In this document: one piece after another, positions 61,929 through 64,000 of the stretch
Numbering within the stretch: the first letter of the stretch is position 1
Layout: every line of letters starts with the position of its first letter
From: Brucellaceae bacterium
GTDB lineage: Bacteria > Pseudomonadota > Alphaproteobacteria > Rhizobiales > Rhizobiaceae
Length of the DNA stretch: 64,000 nt
Direction: 5' to 3'
Assembly (NCBI GenBank): GCA_020637755.1
Contig: JACKJW010000009.1
Coordinates: 35,618 to 99,617, forward strand
Position numbers and translations under genes: made by a program
Notes under the pieces: model-generated
Databases searched by the model: none
What the model saw: only the letters and a program-made list of their open reading frames with translations
Told to the model about the DNA's origin: nothing

Positions 61929-63161
61929 TCATTCGCCTTTCACATAGAGGTGGAAGCCGCCATAGATGGCCGAGCGGTCGCGTGCATTCAGCTCCCGCGA
62001 GCGCCGTTCCTCATATCGCCATCGCGACAGCAGGGCATCATCCACCCGGCCGGGCAGCACGCTCGGCCCGGCAGCGGTGCGGAAGATGACACGCGCGCCG
62101 GGTGCTGCCGTCCGGGAGATCTCTCCCCAAAGCTCGTTCAGCTGGCGGTCGGTCATCCAGTCCTGCGCGTCGAGCAGGACATAGACGTCGCGCGAGGAGG
62201 CTGGCAGAACGCGCAAGTGGTCAGTGAAACTCTCGTTGATCACCGTCACCCGGCCCGCATTGGCCTTGAGCGCAGCGAAGTGCCGGGCATCAAGGTAGGG
62301 CGGCAGCGAGGCATTGGCGCTGCGTTGGTAGCCCCGCCCGAAGGCCTGCCAGGCGAAGTAGTTGTCGGCAAGCGCAAACCCGCAGGCAAGCTTGCGCGTG
62401 CGCTCGCGCAGCACCTCCGCCATGTCGCCATCCGGTCCGGCCAGCGCCTCATATTGGGCTGGCGGGATGCCGAGGCCGAACAGCGAGGCACGGCGCGACG
62501 TCAGGAATTGCACCAGCGGCCGGTCGAACAGCGGTGACAGCTCCTCCTCGAAAAAGCGGCGCTGATCACGCACTGTCGCGCATTCGGTGAGCTTGCGCGG
62601 GTCAACGCCGTGCAACCTTGCCAGCAAATGCCCGGCCTTGATGAAGCGGCCAAGCAGGCCCAAACGATGGAAACCGCGCGCAAACATGGAAATTCGCCGC
62701 CGTCCGGTGAGCGACCGTCTTTCCCACCAGTCCCGGCTTTGCGCATCCAGATGCGGCGCCAGGAAACGGTCATAGGCGATCACGTTGACCGGATTGTCCG
62801 CTTCGCCGAAGAAACGCAGGAAATCGCCATGGCCGGGAAGGTGGCGCGCCGCCGCAAGCTTCAAGCGGCCAAGCGCCACATGGGCAGGCGACAGGTCCAC
62901 CGCGGTGATCGAGGCCGGACCGGCCGTCAGATAGGACATCACATTGCAGGAGCCAGACGCGATGCACACCATGCGGTCGGAGGCACCGATGGCAAGCGCT
63001 TCCATGTCCACCACCGGATCCTCCCATATCTGGGGATAGACGAGCCCCTGGAAGGCGCGCGAGAAGATGCGCTCCAGGATGCCGTCCAGCGTGTAGGCGG
63101 GGTTCTGGTGGACGGCCTGGCCAAGCCGCTTGCCGACGGTGAGCGTGGCACCCTGTGTCAT
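61929..63161 (-). CDS. btaA: SAM:diacylglycerol 3-amino-3-carboxypropyl transferase
   Basis: LVYPQIWEDP, IASGSCN, NYFAWQAF, LLDAQDWM, DRSAIYGGFHLY. Confidence 0.92.
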   Translation of the reverse strand: MTQGATLTVGKRLGQAVHQNPAYTLDGILERIFSRAFQGLVYPQIWEDPVVDMEALAIGASDRMVCIASGSCNVMSYLTAGPASITAVDLSPAHVALGRLKLAAARHLPGHGDFLRFFGEADNPVNVIAYDRFLAPHLDAQSRDWWERRSLTGRRRISMFARGFHRLGLLGRFIKAGHLLARLHGVDPRKLTECATVRDQRRFFEEELSPLFDRPLVQFLTSRRASLFGLGIPPAQYEALAGPDGDMAEVLRERTRKLACGFALADNYFAWQAFGRGYQRSANASLPPYLDARHFAALKANAGRVTVINESFTDHLRVLPASSRDVYVLLDAQDWMTDRQLNELWGEISRTAAPGARVIFRTAAGPSVLPGRVDDALLSRWRYEERRSRELNARDRSAIYGGFHLYVKGE

Positions 63162-63198
63162 GGAATGTCTCCGGAAGCTAGAGCGTACGCGTTTCTGA

Positions 63199-64000
63199 TC
63201 AGGCAGCTTGCTGCGCTGGACCGGGAAGGCGCGCGGTCCCGATGCGGCTGGCTAGCGCGCGCACACGTTCACGCGTGATTGCGGACCAGTCGATGATCTC
63301 CAGCCGGCCGTCATGGTGCTCGACGATGGCCGTACAGCTTTCCACCCAGTCGCCGGTGTTGAGATAGTGCACGGTGCCGATCATCTCGTCGGCCGCATGG
63401 TGGATGTGACCGCAGACAATGCCGTCGGCCCCCTCCTTGCGTGCCTCCTCGGCGAGTACGGCCTCGAAGTCCCCGATATAATTGACCGCGCGCTTCACTT
63501 TCAGCTTCGCCCACTTGGAAATGGACCAATACTGGAAGCCGAACAGGCGGCGGGCACGGTTCAGCCATTTGTTGGCCCACATCGCCATCCCGTAGGCGCC
63601 GTCGCCCAAATGCGCCAGCCACTTGTGGTTCATCACCACCATGTCGAACTGGTCACCGTGGATGATCAGGAGGCGTTCGCCTGCTGCCGTTACGTGAAGG
63701 TCGCGGTCGCGCACCACGATGCCGCCGAAATGGATGCCCTGCCAGTCACGCAGCACTTCGTCGTGGTTGCCCGGAACATAGATGATCTCTGCCCCGGCCC
63801 GGCCCTGGCGCAGCAGCTTCTGCACCACGTCATTGTGGACCTGCGGCCAGTAGAAGCCCTTCCGCTTCATGCGCCAGCAATCGACGATATCGCCGACGAG
63901 ATAGATCTTTTCCGCCTCGTGCTCGCGCAGGAAATCCACCAGCATCTGCGCCTGGCAGTCAGGCGTTCCCAGATGAACGTCGGATAGGAAGAGGGTGCGG
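63199..64000 (-). CDS. plcP: LpxH-like metallophosphoesterase, probable PlcP phospholipase C (5' end outside window)
   Basis: Frame is open to the window edge (RTLFLSDVHLG), GDIVD, GNHD, HGD, GHIH, NTGDWVES; upstream of btaAB. Confidence 0.82.
   Translation of the reverse strand, partial: RTLFLSDVHLGTPDCQAQMLVDFLREHEAEKIYLVGDIVDCWRMKRKGFYWPQVHNDVVQKLLRQGRAGAEIIYVPGNHDEVLRDWQGIHFGGIVVRDRDLHVTAAGERLLIIHGDQFDMVVMNHKWLAHLGDGAYGMAMWANKWLNRARRLFGFQYWSISKWAKLKVKRAVNYIGDFEAVLAEEARKEGADGIVCGHIHHAADEMIGTVHYLNTGDWVESCTAIVEHHDGRLEIIDWSAITRERVRALASRIGTARLPGPAQQAA

Overview
High-GC alphaproteobacterial chromosome segment (Hyphomicrobiales/Rhizobiales-like gene order). It is mostly housekeeping and metabolic: carD-fdxA-S4-helicase, phbB-phbA/phaR, rpmF, mtgA, ispA, two tandem hybrid histidine kinases, slt, ispG, bdhA-patatin, TetR/iorAB, an RND pump, a hydroxyproline catabolic cluster, livHMGF-K, pyc, mmsA, an Irr-box-preceded imelysin/di-heme iron cluster and plcP-btaAB. 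The standout is an orphan miniature CRISPR-Cas9-like locus at about 50190-52610. It encodes a 719-aa Cas9 homologue that retains every canonical RuvC and HNH catalytic residue but lacks most of the REC lobe, and there is no cas1, cas2 or array. Upstream on the minus strand is a tracrRNA-like sequence (anti-repeat, nexus, hairpin). Downstream on the minus strand is a single complementary repeat with a terminator, which implies one fixed guide. Also notable: a ~1.75 kb near-identical duplication that gives two different sensor domains the same kinase output, and a LivG ATPase fused to a helix-hairpin-helix-like tail. All calls come from motif recognition by eye; no searches were run.
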